DNA of 64,000 nucleotides, from the NCBI RefSeq assembly GCF_988242995.1, contig NZ_OZ547043.1, one strand, 5' to 3'. The notes beneath the pieces were generated by a model. That model worked only from the letters and a program-made list of their open reading frames with translations. It did not search any database and was not told the DNA's origin. Shown piece by piece: positions 10,947-21,350 of the stretch. The translations under genes were made by a program, and so were the position numbers. The first letter of the stretch is position 1. Each line of letters begins with the position of its first letter.

Positions 10947-11873
10947 CTACAGCGCCCGCCAGCACCGGATCTCACGTCCGTCCTCCCTTATTGTTAATGA
11001 TTGCCGGACTTCACATCCGTCGGTTGCCAGAGGGCAGCGTTCGCGGAAAAAACAGCCTTGTGGCAACGTGCGGTTTCCTGGTAGATCCGTTTTACGTAAT
11101 GCCCATTCTTCCTCCAGCGGTTTATCAATGGCGGGGAGGGAATCCAGCAATAATCGGGTGTATGGATGTGCCGGAGCTGTCAGCACCTGTTGCGCGTCTC
11201 CTAGTTCCACAATCTGCCCGAGATACATCACCGCCACCCGATCGCTCATATGACGTATCACCGAGACATTGTGTGAAATCAGCACATAAGTCAGCTCGCG
11301 ATTTTCCTGTAGCGTTACCAGTAAATTGAGGATCTGCGCCTGCACGGAGATATCCAGCGCCGAGGTTGGTTCATCAAGCACAATCACGTCAGGCTGCGAA
11401 GAGAGTGCTCTGGCAATGGCGATACGTTGCCGCTGCCCGCCTGAGAACGCATAAGGCAAGCGGTCGAGATACTCCGGACGAATACCCACCTGCACAGCCA
11501 GCTCCTCTGCCAACGCTCGCCGCTGTTGTTCACTACTACGCTTAGCAATCCAGAGCGGTTCCGTGATGATGCGCCACACCGGTAAGCGCGGATTAAGCGA
11601 AGAGAGCGGGTCCTGAAACACCATCTGCATAATGCGTTGTGATCCTGAACGGATGTACTGCCCGTGGCTCGGTTGCAGCATACCCATTAAAAGCTGTGCG
11701 AGGGTGCTTTTGCCGCAGCCTGACTCACCGACGATCCCTAAGGTTTCGCCACGACGGATCTGTAAATCAATACCATTGATGGCATGAACATGTTCCGTAG
11801 TTTTACCAAGCCAGTTTTTTCGGCCCGGGAAATTGATATGGACGTCGCGTAACGTTAATAACGTGTCAGACAC
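10947..11873 (-). CDS. ddpF: D,D-dipeptide ABC transporter ATP-binding protein
   Basis: Walker A GESGCGKST and ABC signature SGGQRQR; start placed at an internal GTG to give 308 aa, overlapping the ddpD stop by 8 nt. Confidence 0.85.
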   Translation of the reverse strand: MSDTLLTLRDVHINFPGRKNWLGKTTEHVHAINGIDLQIRRGETLGIVGESGCGKSTLAQLLMGMLQPSHGQYIRSGSQRIMQMVFQDPLSSLNPRLPVWRIITEPLWIAKRSSEQQRRALAEELAVQVGIRPEYLDRLPYAFSGGQRQRIAIARALSSQPDVIVLDEPTSALDISVQAQILNLLVTLQENRELTYVLISHNVSVIRHMSDRVAVMYLGQIVELGDAQQVLTAPAHPYTRLLLDSLPAIDKPLEEEWALRKTDLPGNRTLPQGCFFRERCPLATDGCEVRQSLTIREDGREIRCWRAL

Positions 11874-12852
11874 TAATGACCTCCTGCTGAGGATACCAAC
11901 AGGCGCAGCGGTGGTTGTTGTCACTACACGCTGTCAGCGCCGGGACGTTTTCACACTGTGCACCTGCCGCATAGCAACGATCGCGAAAAGCGCAGCCGTC
12001 AGGCAAATGGGTGAGGTTTGGTACCGTCCCCGGAATAGCGGGTAATGGCTGGCGCGGTATTCCATGTTCCGGTGCGCATTGCAGCAAACCAATGGTATAC
12101 GGATGCCGGGGATGATGGATAACGTCTGCCGTCACGCCGCTCTCAATCACGCTTCCGGCATACATCACGTAAACGCTATCGCACAGTTGCGACACCACGG
12201 CCATATCATGGCTGATGAACAGTACCGCAGTTCCACTGGCGCGGGCTTTATGTTTAAGCAGACGCAGTACCTGCAACTGTACCGTGACGTCCAGCGCCGT
12301 AGTCGGTTCGTCGGCAATAATCAATTGCGGCTCGCAGGAGAATGCCAGCGCAATCATTACCCGTTGGCGCATACCACCTGAAAGCTCAAACGGATAGCGC
12401 GACATAACTTCCACGGCATCCGGGATTTGCATCTCTTCCAGCAGGGCAATCGCTTTAGCTCTGGCTTCCCGACGACTTATTGGTTGATGATGGCGGATCA
12501 CGTCCATCATCTGAAGACCTATTCGACGTGTCGGATTAAGGGCGGTCATCGGTTCCTGAAAGATCATCGCCACTCGTGCGCCGCGCCACTGACGAAGCTG
12601 CTTTTCCCGAGCGTTAAGAGCATCTTCTCCCAGCAGTGAAATATGTCCCCGATCTACGCAATAACTGCCCGTCGGTAGCAGACGCATAATCAACATTGCA
12701 GTGACTGATTTACCTGAGCCGGATTCTCCCACCAGACCGACAATTTCACCGCGGTTAATCTGCAAGGACACATTGTTGAGCGCGTGAACATCACCGTTAA
12801 AACCGGGGAAACTCAAATGCAGCTGTTGAATGTCCAGAACGGGTTGGGTCAT
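11866..12852 (-). CDS. ddpD: D,D-dipeptide ABC transporter ATP-binding protein
   Basis: 328 aa; Walker A GESGSGKS and signature SGGMRQR; start overlaps the ddpC stop by 4 nt. Confidence 0.9.
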   Translation of the reverse strand: MTQPVLDIQQLHLSFPGFNGDVHALNNVSLQINRGEIVGLVGESGSGKSVTAMLIMRLLPTGSYCVDRGHISLLGEDALNAREKQLRQWRGARVAMIFQEPMTALNPTRRIGLQMMDVIRHHQPISRREARAKAIALLEEMQIPDAVEVMSRYPFELSGGMRQRVMIALAFSCEPQLIIADEPTTALDVTVQLQVLRLLKHKARASGTAVLFISHDMAVVSQLCDSVYVMYAGSVIESGVTADVIHHPRHPYTIGLLQCAPEHGIPRQPLPAIPGTVPNLTHLPDGCAFRDRCYAAGAQCENVPALTACSDNNHRCACWYPQQEVISV

Positions 12853-13745
12853 GACTGCTTTCCTCCTGCTTTCGGGTCAAGCAGATCGCGAATACCATCA
12901 CCAAAGAGATTAAACCCGACGGCGGTAAGCAAAATCGCTGCCCCCGGAAATGCGCAATACCACCATTGATCGAGCACATAGTTGCGACCATTCGCCACCA
13001 TCGCTCCCCATTCAGCACTCGGTTGTTGAGCACCCAGGCCAATAAATCCCAACGTGGCGGCCATTAAAATCGCGCTACCAATATCCAGCGATGCCTGCAC
13101 AATCAGCGGCGGCAGCGAGTTACGTAAAATATGCCAGTTGATCAGATGCCAGCGTGACGCACCAAAGGTTTTCGCCGCCTGAACGTAAGTGTACTGGCGG
13201 ACAACTAATGTTTGCCCCCGCGCCAGGCGCACATAAAAGGGAATTCGCACAATAGCAATCGCCAGCATGGCGTTAAACAAACTCGGCCCGAGAGCGGCTG
13301 CCAGTGCCATTGTCAGCACCAGCGAAGGAATCGACAGCATAATGTCCATGATGCGCATGATAATCGCGTCTGCGCGTCCGCCAAGCACACCGGATAGACA
13401 CCCGAGTAGCGACCCCATCATACCTGCAATGGCGACCACCACTAATCCGGCGAGAATTGATTGCTGACTGCCGACCAGTACGCGGCTAAACAGATCGCGT
13501 CCCACTTCATCGGTGCCAAACCAGTGCGCCGCAGAAGGCGGCAAAAGGCGGGCGGTTAAATCAATGGCGTTGGGATCATGCGTCGCCAGCCACGGTGAAA
13601 AAATCATCATCAGTAGCATTAATACAATGATGACTGCGCCGGTCACGGTAAGCGGGCTGCCTTTCAGCATCCATACCAGTTTTGCACCGTTAAATCGCGT
13701 TTGTTTTTGTGGGCGTACGGCGGACGTTTCCTCGCTTAGCATCAT
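12849..13745 (-). CDS. ddpC: D,D-dipeptide ABC transporter permease
   Basis: 298 aa, multi-TM, Opp/Dpp-type permease; 4-nt overlap with ddpB. Confidence 0.9.
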   Translation of the reverse strand: MMLSEETSAVRPQKQTRFNGAKLVWMLKGSPLTVTGAVIIVLMLLMMIFSPWLATHDPNAIDLTARLLPPSAAHWFGTDEVGRDLFSRVLVGSQQSILAGLVVVAIAGMMGSLLGCLSGVLGGRADAIIMRIMDIMLSIPSLVLTMALAAALGPSLFNAMLAIAIVRIPFYVRLARGQTLVVRQYTYVQAAKTFGASRWHLINWHILRNSLPPLIVQASLDIGSAILMAATLGFIGLGAQQPSAEWGAMVANGRNYVLDQWWYCAFPGAAILLTAVGFNLFGDGIRDLLDPKAGGKQS

Positions 13746-14764
13746 TCACCACCTCCACGTCCGATACGCGGATCAATCCACAAATAGAGCAAATCCACCA
13801 CCAGGTTCACCAGCACATAAGCAAACGAAACCACGACGGCAAATCCCATCACCGCAGGGAAGTCGAGCGCCTGTATTGATGTCACTACCCATGCCCCCAT
13901 TCCGGGCCAGGCAAAAACGGTTTCGGTGAGCACTGCGCCATACAACAAATCGCCCAGCGCCAGCCCCAATACGGTAATCGAGGGGATCAACGCATTCGGT
14001 AGCGCATAACATAAAACGATATACCAGCCGGGCAAGCCGCTGGCCCGGGCGGTACGAATGTAATCTTCACTCAATTGTTCCAGCATCGCTGAACGGATCT
14101 GGCGAGCGACAATTCCCAGGTGAACGAACGCCAGCGTTAATGCCGGTAAGATGAGATGTTGCAGCGCATTGAAGAAGACTTCACCGTTGCCTTCAAGCAG
14201 CGCATCGAGCAGATAAAAGCCGGTAACGTGCGTTGGTGGATCCAGCCAGTCATCAAGCCTTCCGCCGCCGGGAAGAATTTGCAGATGACCATAAAACAGC
14301 ACAATGACACCCAGCCCAAGCCAGAACGCAGGTGTGGAGATTCCGGTAATGGCCATTATTCGCACCAGATGATCCAGCCAGCGATTTCGCCAGACTGCAG
14401 AGAGTATGCCCAGCGGGATGCCAATCAGGAGTGCCAGCAGCAGGGCACAAAAAGCCAGTTCCAGCGTCGCCGGGAAAAATATGCGCAACTCTTCCAGCAC
14501 CGGACGCCCGGTACGAATGGATGTTCCCAGGTCACCCTGAAACAGGTCGCTGACGTAGCGGTAAAACTGTACATACAGTGGCTGGTCCAGTCCCAGTTGC
14601 TGGCGAATATTATCCACGATAGCATCGCTGGCGCGGTCACCCGCCAGTAACCGCGCCGGATCGCCGGGGATCAGGTGCGAGATAATAAACGTAATCACAC
14701 AGACGCCCGCCACCACGAGCACCAGCCCCCAGCAGCGTTGGCGTAAAATACTCCAGAAGGTCAC
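13742..14764 (-). CDS. ddpB: D,D-dipeptide ABC transporter permease
   Basis: 340 aa, multi-TM, Opp/Dpp-type permease. Confidence 0.9.
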   Translation of the reverse strand: MTFWSILRQRCWGLVLVVAGVCVITFIISHLIPGDPARLLAGDRASDAIVDNIRQQLGLDQPLYVQFYRYVSDLFQGDLGTSIRTGRPVLEELRIFFPATLELAFCALLLALLIGIPLGILSAVWRNRWLDHLVRIMAITGISTPAFWLGLGVIVLFYGHLQILPGGGRLDDWLDPPTHVTGFYLLDALLEGNGEVFFNALQHLILPALTLAFVHLGIVARQIRSAMLEQLSEDYIRTARASGLPGWYIVLCYALPNALIPSITVLGLALGDLLYGAVLTETVFAWPGMGAWVVTSIQALDFPAVMGFAVVVSFAYVLVNLVVDLLYLWIDPRIGRGGGE

Positions 14765-14765
14765 G

Positions 14766-16316
14766 TTATTTACTCATGGTATTGATATTGAAGACCTGTT
14801 CCAGCATGGGATTGAACACAAAGCCTTTCACCTCTTTGTTCATCGCCAGTTGGTAGTTTTTCTGGAACAGGTACACATAAGCAGCGTCATCAATGACGAT
14901 TTTCTGTGCCTGCTGGTAGTCCCGGGTACGCTGCGTCTGGTCGGTGGTCGCTAGCGCATTGCGCAGTAACTTATCGACCTCACTGTTTTCATAGAACGAG
15001 CGGTTACCCGGCAGACCTTTTTTGTCTGACTCAAACCAGTAATTCATAAACATATACGGGTCGGCAAAATCCGGACTCCAGTTGCCAATCGCAATGTCGT
15101 AATCACCTTTACCCACTCTGTCGCGCATGGTGGCGTTCGCCAGTTTTTCCAGCTTCACATTGATGCCCAGCTTGTTGAGACTGGATTGTGTCGCCAGAGC
15201 GATCGGTTCCCAGTTCGGGTCGTTATCGGAGTAGAGAAACGTCAGGCTGGTGGGTTTGCTCGTCACTTTATCCCATTCGGCTTTGGCTTTCGTTTCGTCA
15301 TGGTTGTATTGCATTGCCGTCGCATCGTATCCCCACATGCCTTCCGGAATCGGGCCGCGCATTTGTTTTCCGTTACCACTCAGAATGCCGTTAACCATAC
15401 CCTGATAATCGGTAGACCAGGAAATGGCCCGACGCAGATCCGCCTGATTAAGCGGCGCTTTGCTGTTATTCAGATACAGATAGGTGACGCGTAGTGACGG
15501 ATACTCTGCCACGTTGACTTTGTTTTCCTGCTTCAGTGCGTTGAGTTGATCCACCGGCAGCGCATCGGCAATGTCAATGTCGCCACGGGAGAGTTGCAGG
15601 CGACGGGAGGCACTTTCACCGATAATTTTTACCGATACCCGTTTAAAGTTCGGTTTATTGCCAGGGTAATGCGGATTTGGCACCAGAACTAATTGCTGAC
15701 CTTTTTGCCAGCTTTTCAGCATAAACGGTCCGGAGCCAGCGGTATTTTGCGCGAGGAAACCACGGGCATCATCGGCCGCATGTTCCTTTAAGACCGCCGG
15801 ATTGATAATGGATGCACCGTCATTCGCCAGCGTATAGAGGAACGGTGCGAATGGCTGGCTAAGGGTAAACCTCACTGTATGTTCGTCGGGAGCATCAATC
15901 TTTAAATCTTTGGGAAATGCTTCTGCTGGCCCCTGGCCGATTTTTAGTAACCGCTCAAAAGAGAGTTTTACTGCTTCGGCAGTGACAGGTGTGCCATCGG
16001 CAAATTTAGCATTGTCCTTCAGGGTGAACGTCCACTCTTTTTGATCGTCAGACGCTTTCCAGCTACTCGCCAGATCGCCTTCAACGTCGGTTGAGCCTTT
16101 ATCACCGTCCGTTTTGTACTGAACCAGTCGCTGATAAGACGGGTAGGTCACTGTCCAGTCGTTATTATCAATTGTCACCGCTGGGTCGAGGGTTTGTGGG
16201 TCGGCAGCTTTACCGATCACCAGCATATCTTTCGGTACGGCGGCGTGCGCAACCGGCATTGTTGTGGCAAGGACGATCGCGAGCAATGTAGGACGAAACG
16301 AAATCGATCTCTTCAT
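14766..16316 (-). CDS. ddpA: D,D-dipeptide periplasmic substrate-binding protein
   Basis: Track ORF 14766-16451; start placed at MKRSISFRPTLLAIVLATTMPVAHA (signal peptide) giving 516 aa; family 5 solute-binding protein. Confidence 0.88.
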   Translation of the reverse strand: MKRSISFRPTLLAIVLATTMPVAHAAVPKDMLVIGKAADPQTLDPAVTIDNNDWTVTYPSYQRLVQYKTDGDKGSTDVEGDLASSWKASDDQKEWTFTLKDNAKFADGTPVTAEAVKLSFERLLKIGQGPAEAFPKDLKIDAPDEHTVRFTLSQPFAPFLYTLANDGASIINPAVLKEHAADDARGFLAQNTAGSGPFMLKSWQKGQQLVLVPNPHYPGNKPNFKRVSVKIIGESASRRLQLSRGDIDIADALPVDQLNALKQENKVNVAEYPSLRVTYLYLNNSKAPLNQADLRRAISWSTDYQGMVNGILSGNGKQMRGPIPEGMWGYDATAMQYNHDETKAKAEWDKVTSKPTSLTFLYSDNDPNWEPIALATQSSLNKLGINVKLEKLANATMRDRVGKGDYDIAIGNWSPDFADPYMFMNYWFESDKKGLPGNRSFYENSEVDKLLRNALATTDQTQRTRDYQQAQKIVIDDAAYVYLFQKNYQLAMNKEVKGFVFNPMLEQVFNINTMSK

Positions 16317-16329
16317 GACAGTTTCCTGA

Positions 16330-16911
16330 TTAACTGGCGTGCTGTGTGCCAGGGGATATAAAACAGGTGAATTGATCAGCGAGTAGTGGGTAACTCGCTG
16401 CCTGGGGTAATTCGAAGTGCCACCATTCGCTCGGGATACCGACAAAGCCACCGCCAGTCATAATCGCATTCAGCAACAGCCGATTGCGCTGAGCGGCGGG
16501 CGGGACGGAAGGGTGATAAGCATGGGAACGTTCGTGCATTTCATCGAACTCTGCACCCATATCCAGTATGTTCCCGTGCTCATCACGAAGCGTCAGGTCG
16601 ATCGCCGTGCCACGGCTGTGATTAGAACCGACCGTCACATCAACAACATATTGCGGGTCTGGGCAGGCTTGCCACAACATCGCCTGTGCTTGTTGTGGGC
16701 GATACGCATCGTAAATCACCAGTTGTAAGCCTGACAGCTGGGCGATACTGATACTTTTCGCCAGCGCGGTAATCGCATCCTTGTGTAACAGACAACGCGC
16801 TTGCTGATAAATAGCTTTACCTGTGATGTTATCAGCGCAGGCGTATTTCAATTCGATCTCCAGATCAGGGAAGATCACGGCTAAATCAACCAGTTCGGTG
16901 GTATCCGACAT
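16330..16911 (-). CDS. ddpX: D-alanyl-D-alanine dipeptidase (VanX homologue)
   Basis: 193 aa with zinc-peptidase-like SNHSRGTAIDL and EWWHFE segments; first gene of the ddp operon. Confidence 0.9.
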   Translation of the reverse strand: MSDTTELVDLAVIFPDLEIELKYACADNITGKAIYQQARCLLHKDAITALAKSISIAQLSGLQLVIYDAYRPQQAQAMLWQACPDPQYVVDVTVGSNHSRGTAIDLTLRDEHGNILDMGAEFDEMHERSHAYHPSVPPAAQRNRLLLNAIMTGGGFVGIPSEWWHFELPQAASYPLLADQFTCFISPGTQHAS

Positions 16912-16955
16912 AAACGGTTCCTGTATAAGACAAAAATTGCTGCGCTTTCCGCTTA

Positions 16956-16971
16956 TGCAGATCTCATGCCA
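16956..16971 (-). promoter_or_regulatory. Putative sigma54 (-24/-12) promoter for ddpX
   Basis: Minus-strand sequence TGGCATGAGATCTGCA has GG and GC at the canonical spacing (consensus TGGCAC-N5-TTGCA), about 45 nt upstream of the ddpX ATG. Confidence 0.5.
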
Positions 16972-17168
16972 TGCCGGGATAAGCGCCAGAATGCTGGCTT
17001 AAAGTTATATTTTTTAACTTTTGATCAACATTTGTGCAGCGTAGTGCAGTTTTGGTGCAAGAGGGGAAGTTAAGGAAGGAATCTCCCGGAATCGTAGCTG
17101 AAATCACAGTATTTAAGTGACAGTGTCACGTTAAAGGAAAACCCGCGAGTGCGGGCGAGAGGAATTTG

Positions 17169-19568
17169 TCAGATTTTCAGCGGTAACACGCTGCTCATCC
17201 AGCCTGGAATTTCTTCGGCGGGTAGGGGGCGGGAAAAGAAATATCCCTGAATAACGCGACAGTGGATCTTGCGTAGCATCTCAAATTGCTCTTTGGTTTC
17301 GACGCCTTCCGCCACGACGGTTAAATTAAGGCTTTGCCCAATGCTGGTAATGGCTTCAAGTAAGGCAAGGATGCGTTTTTCGGTCAGACAACGATCGACA
17401 AAACTTTTGTCAATTTTGATTTCCGTCACCGGAAGACTGACTAAGCGGGATAATCCGGAAAAGCCCGTGCCAAAATCATCTACCGATAAACCCACGCCCA
17501 TATCGCGCAGGATCTGAATGCGCTTAAAGATTTCGGTATCGTGTTCCATCATCATGCTTTCCGTGATTTCCACCGTCAGCTGGTGGCCGTCAATACCCCA
17601 GGCGTGCATTGCATCAGACACCTGATTAGGCAGTTGATTACTGCGAAAGTGCAGCGCCGACAAGTTAACGGATAACGCCGGGATATGAATATTCTGGCTA
17701 CGCCATTCTGCTAACTGACGACAAGCTTCCGCGATGACCCAGCGTCCAATATTTTCGATTTCACCGATCTCTTCTGCGAGAGGAATAAACCGTGAAGGGG
17801 GCACATGACCATGCAGGGGATCGTGCCAGCGAGCAAGGGCTTCGATGCCGTAGAGTTCACCCGTTTCTGCGAAGATTTGCGGCTGGTAAACCAGTTTTAG
17901 TTGGTTATTGCTAATCGCTTCTTTCAGCGCCGCGCCTAAAACCAAACGCTCTTTTACCATTTCGTTCATCGCCGGGCTGAAGAACTGCCAGCCGTTACCG
18001 CCATTCTTGCGAATATAATCCATTGCATTGTGAGCAGTGGAGAGCAGGTAATCGCGGTTTTTACCCACGTCGTAGCTGATGCCAATGCTCAAGGTGAGCG
18101 GGAATGGTTTATCGTCAATCATTATCGGCTTGCTGACCACATTCCGTAGCTCATCGGCGATTTGGGTTATGTTACTGACGTCGTTTTCCAGGCTCACGAG
18201 GACAAACTGCGTACCTTCGATACGACAGAGATACTGATCCGGTTTGAGTTTTTCACGAAAGCGATTGACCACTTCCAGCAATGCCTGATCGGCCCACGCA
18301 TAGCCAAGGCTATCAATCACATCCTGAATATGGTCAACACCGATGAGATACACCACCGGAGAGACGGCTTTGTCGACCAGGTCATCGAGGTAATTGTGCA
18401 GGTTATTGCGATTTGGCAGACCGGTCATCGGATCAAATTGGATGAGTTGTTCAATATGCTGACGGCTTTTTTCCTGTTCCAGCGCCAGCGCGGCCATATG
18501 CTGGCTGATATCTGCCACGCGTTCGATAAAGGCGCTGGTTTCTGCTCCTGACGAGGTTTTAATTTGCAGGATCCCCGCCGGCGCGCCATCACGCTGACGA
18601 ATGGTCGCTGACCAGCTTTGCGCATTTTGAACTTCTGTACCGTGCGAAGATGACGCCCAGTGTATCGGCATCCCGTTGCGCAGCGCGAACAGCGAAACAT
18701 GCGATTCGTTGAGTACAGATTCGATGTTACGACAAATGATTTCCCCCATTTCATGAAATGGCGGGCTGCTGCACATGGCGGCGAGAATATTGCCTTCAAG
18801 CTGGCGGATTTGCCGTTCTTCGGTGATATCCGAGAAAGTCATTACCAGGTTCTGCAGATGCGCGAGCACGTCATAAACCGGGCTGATAGAGGCTTTAATC
18901 CAGATTTTTTCACCGGTGCGCGTCAACAGCAGAAATTCATCCTGATCGCGGGCGGTTTTCCATAGCAACTGTTGTAAACGAATGCGGTTATCGGCAGGGA
19001 ATTCAGGAATGTTCAGGAGTGAATCGGGCTGCATACCGCTGGCTTCGCTAATGCAGTAACCAAACATTTCGGTAAATGCGCGATTGCACTGCACAATATG
19101 GCGTTCCGGATCGAGGACAATCACCGGTCGGTCGAGATGGTCAACGGCAATAATCAATTGTCGGGTCTGTTCTTTTTGCGCCATTTCTACGCTGGCATCC
19201 CGTACCAGCGCCAGGTAATAAACTTTCCCCTCGGCGCTCACTTTCGATAGCGCAAAACGGGTCCAGATTTTACTGCCGTCTTTTTTCTCCAGCTGCAGCT
19301 CCCGACTCATCCCCTCGACGCGCGCTTTACCGCCTTCACGGTTGTGACGGATGTATTCAGGATGCGCAGGACGCAAATCCCGCGGAATCAGCATATCAAT
19401 GTTATTGCCAATGACTTCTTCACGTTTGTACCCCCAGAGCTTCTCTGCGGCTGGGTTGAAAAACATCACTTCATCATTTTCGTTAATTAACACCGCGCCC
19501 ATCATATTTTGCTCAAGGGCGGGGAAAAAAATGCCATCGGCGGCATTATCCGCATCGGTTAGCTTCAT
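17169..19568 (-). CDS. dosP: Heme-regulated c-di-GMP phosphodiesterase (PAS-PAS-GGDEF-EAL), direct oxygen sensor
   Basis: Track ORF 17169-19592 with start at MKLTDADNAADGIFFPALEQNMMGAVLIN (799 aa); EAL-domain motifs in the C-terminal part. Confidence 0.9.
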   Translation of the reverse strand: MKLTDADNAADGIFFPALEQNMMGAVLINENDEVMFFNPAAEKLWGYKREEVIGNNIDMLIPRDLRPAHPEYIRHNREGGKARVEGMSRELQLEKKDGSKIWTRFALSKVSAEGKVYYLALVRDASVEMAQKEQTRQLIIAVDHLDRPVIVLDPERHIVQCNRAFTEMFGYCISEASGMQPDSLLNIPEFPADNRIRLQQLLWKTARDQDEFLLLTRTGEKIWIKASISPVYDVLAHLQNLVMTFSDITEERQIRQLEGNILAAMCSSPPFHEMGEIICRNIESVLNESHVSLFALRNGMPIHWASSSHGTEVQNAQSWSATIRQRDGAPAGILQIKTSSGAETSAFIERVADISQHMAALALEQEKSRQHIEQLIQFDPMTGLPNRNNLHNYLDDLVDKAVSPVVYLIGVDHIQDVIDSLGYAWADQALLEVVNRFREKLKPDQYLCRIEGTQFVLVSLENDVSNITQIADELRNVVSKPIMIDDKPFPLTLSIGISYDVGKNRDYLLSTAHNAMDYIRKNGGNGWQFFSPAMNEMVKERLVLGAALKEAISNNQLKLVYQPQIFAETGELYGIEALARWHDPLHGHVPPSRFIPLAEEIGEIENIGRWVIAEACRQLAEWRSQNIHIPALSVNLSALHFRSNQLPNQVSDAMHAWGIDGHQLTVEITESMMMEHDTEIFKRIQILRDMGVGLSVDDFGTGFSGLSRLVSLPVTEIKIDKSFVDRCLTEKRILALLEAITSIGQSLNLTVVAEGVETKEQFEMLRKIHCRVIQGYFFSRPLPAEEIPGWMSSVLPLKI

Positions 19569-19592
19569 GATTACCTCTGCATCCTGGCGCAT

Positions 19593-20975
19593 CTAAAGAC
19601 TGGCTTTCCAGAGTTCAACACGGTTTCTACCTCGTCTTTTGGCGATATACAGAGCTTCATCGGCTATTTGAATGAGGCGCTCATAGTCAGGATGACCATT
19701 AAACATGGCGGCACCGATGGAAAGTGAGAGGGCAATATCTTCGCCGTTTGCGGCTTTCAGTTTGGTTTTCTCCACCCGACTGCGAATACGTTCTGCGGTA
19801 CGTAACGTTTCGTTTTCAGAAGCTTCAGTCAAAACAATGATAAATTCATCGCCCCCGTAGCGGAAAACATAATCACTACTGCGGACGTTGTCATAAAAGG
19901 CCTGAGAGACTTTACGCAGAATTTCATCGCCAGTGTTATGGCCCCACGTATCGTTGATCTCTTTGAATTTATCAACGTCAATAATCAGCACTGACAGCGG
20001 TGTACCGGTCCGGTTGGCATGGGCAATTTCGCGTTTGAAGATCGTCGGCAGGAAACGGCGGTTAAGTAATTTCGTCAGTACATCCATACCGACTTCGTGG
20101 CGCGATACTTCTTCAAACAATTCACGCAGCAAGGTAATAATTTGCGATACGGTATTTCTTATCTGTAATAAAAATTTCACCCGTAAACTTCTGTTATTCA
20201 AATTCCTGGTGTTACGCATGGTTTGATTGAAAATACCGTCAAAATCCTGAATCAGACGGGAGATATGGCCCACTTCGGCTATGCCGCTAAAATAATGTCG
20301 ACCTTTATGGTTAAACCACAGGCCAAAATCAGCCTGGCTTAAAGGCAAACTACTGCCTAAATCAGAATCCAGCAGGACTTTATAGATAATATCTATTTCC
20401 CATGAAAGTAATGAGGCTATTTGCCGCTCTTTTTCTTCTTCGGCATTTTCCAGTAACGAGAAGATACGATAGTTTTCATCTTCTTTTGAGGCACTACTGT
20501 CACTAAAGGTAAACGCGCGGGTCATCACTTCCATAGCGATATCAATACTGTTAATAGAGAAATGGTAGACCTGAAGTTTTTCTGCGGCGGAATAATCCGA
20601 AGAGAAGATGACCGGATAGAGGATTTTTTTCAGCACCCGAAACCCCATCTCGACAATTTCTACCGGAATTCCTATGCGGGCATGCACTTCCGCAACGGTA
20701 TGCTGGATTTGTATTAGCCTTTCGACATCGTCAACCTGGGCAGAAAGCACGTTAATAATCCAGCGTTCCATCGCACTTTTCAACTGCCGCTCAACTTGTT
20801 CATTACTCAAGAATTCTTCGGCATGCGGGTCGATACGGACAATTCGGTAAAACTCAATACTCAGATAATGGGCATGCGCAACGGCAATTTCCGCGGCTTT
20901 AGCACGAATGAGCGGATCTGCTTGTTCGACAAGCCCGGTCCACTCATCTTTCATTCTTTTAAAATACATCTCCAT
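19593..20975 (-). CDS. dosC: Globin-coupled diguanylate cyclase
   Basis: 460 aa; N-terminal globin sensor region and C-terminal GGDEF (RYGGDEFIIVL). Confidence 0.9.
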   Translation of the reverse strand: MEMYFKRMKDEWTGLVEQADPLIRAKAAEIAVAHAHYLSIEFYRIVRIDPHAEEFLSNEQVERQLKSAMERWIINVLSAQVDDVERLIQIQHTVAEVHARIGIPVEIVEMGFRVLKKILYPVIFSSDYSAAEKLQVYHFSINSIDIAMEVMTRAFTFSDSSASKEDENYRIFSLLENAEEEKERQIASLLSWEIDIIYKVLLDSDLGSSLPLSQADFGLWFNHKGRHYFSGIAEVGHISRLIQDFDGIFNQTMRNTRNLNNRSLRVKFLLQIRNTVSQIITLLRELFEEVSRHEVGMDVLTKLLNRRFLPTIFKREIAHANRTGTPLSVLIIDVDKFKEINDTWGHNTGDEILRKVSQAFYDNVRSSDYVFRYGGDEFIIVLTEASENETLRTAERIRSRVEKTKLKAANGEDIALSLSIGAAMFNGHPDYERLIQIADEALYIAKRRGRNRVELWKASL

Positions 20976-21350
20976 AATTCACACCCTTATAAGGCTGGGA
21001 AAGCAGACGGAATCAAAACGAAACGCAACGTGCGAGATCGACTAACTGCACCATATTCTCCTGAAATATGAAGATATACTGAAAAGAAATAAGCGACTTA
21101 GGACAGTTTCAATCTACGCTACTGTTCTTCAGAAGAGTATAGCCCATCGTAATTATTTTTCGGTGACAGCGAATATCGTATGTTTTTTCATATTCATACA
21201 TTTTTATTAGGGGATTTATGACTGTTTAACTAAGTGTGGTTAATTGCGTAGTTAATTTGACTTAAGTAAGCATGATTACTAGTGGGATATTTCAAGAGGG
21301 TAACAAGCCGGGGGGAAAGCACCGGCTTGTTACAAAGTAAGAATGGGAGT

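Noticed and set aside
21301-21335. Hairpin aacaagccgg...ccggcttgtt downstream of yddW as an intrinsic terminator
   Set aside because: The stem is good but no T-tract follows on the coding strand, so the support is too weak to annotate.
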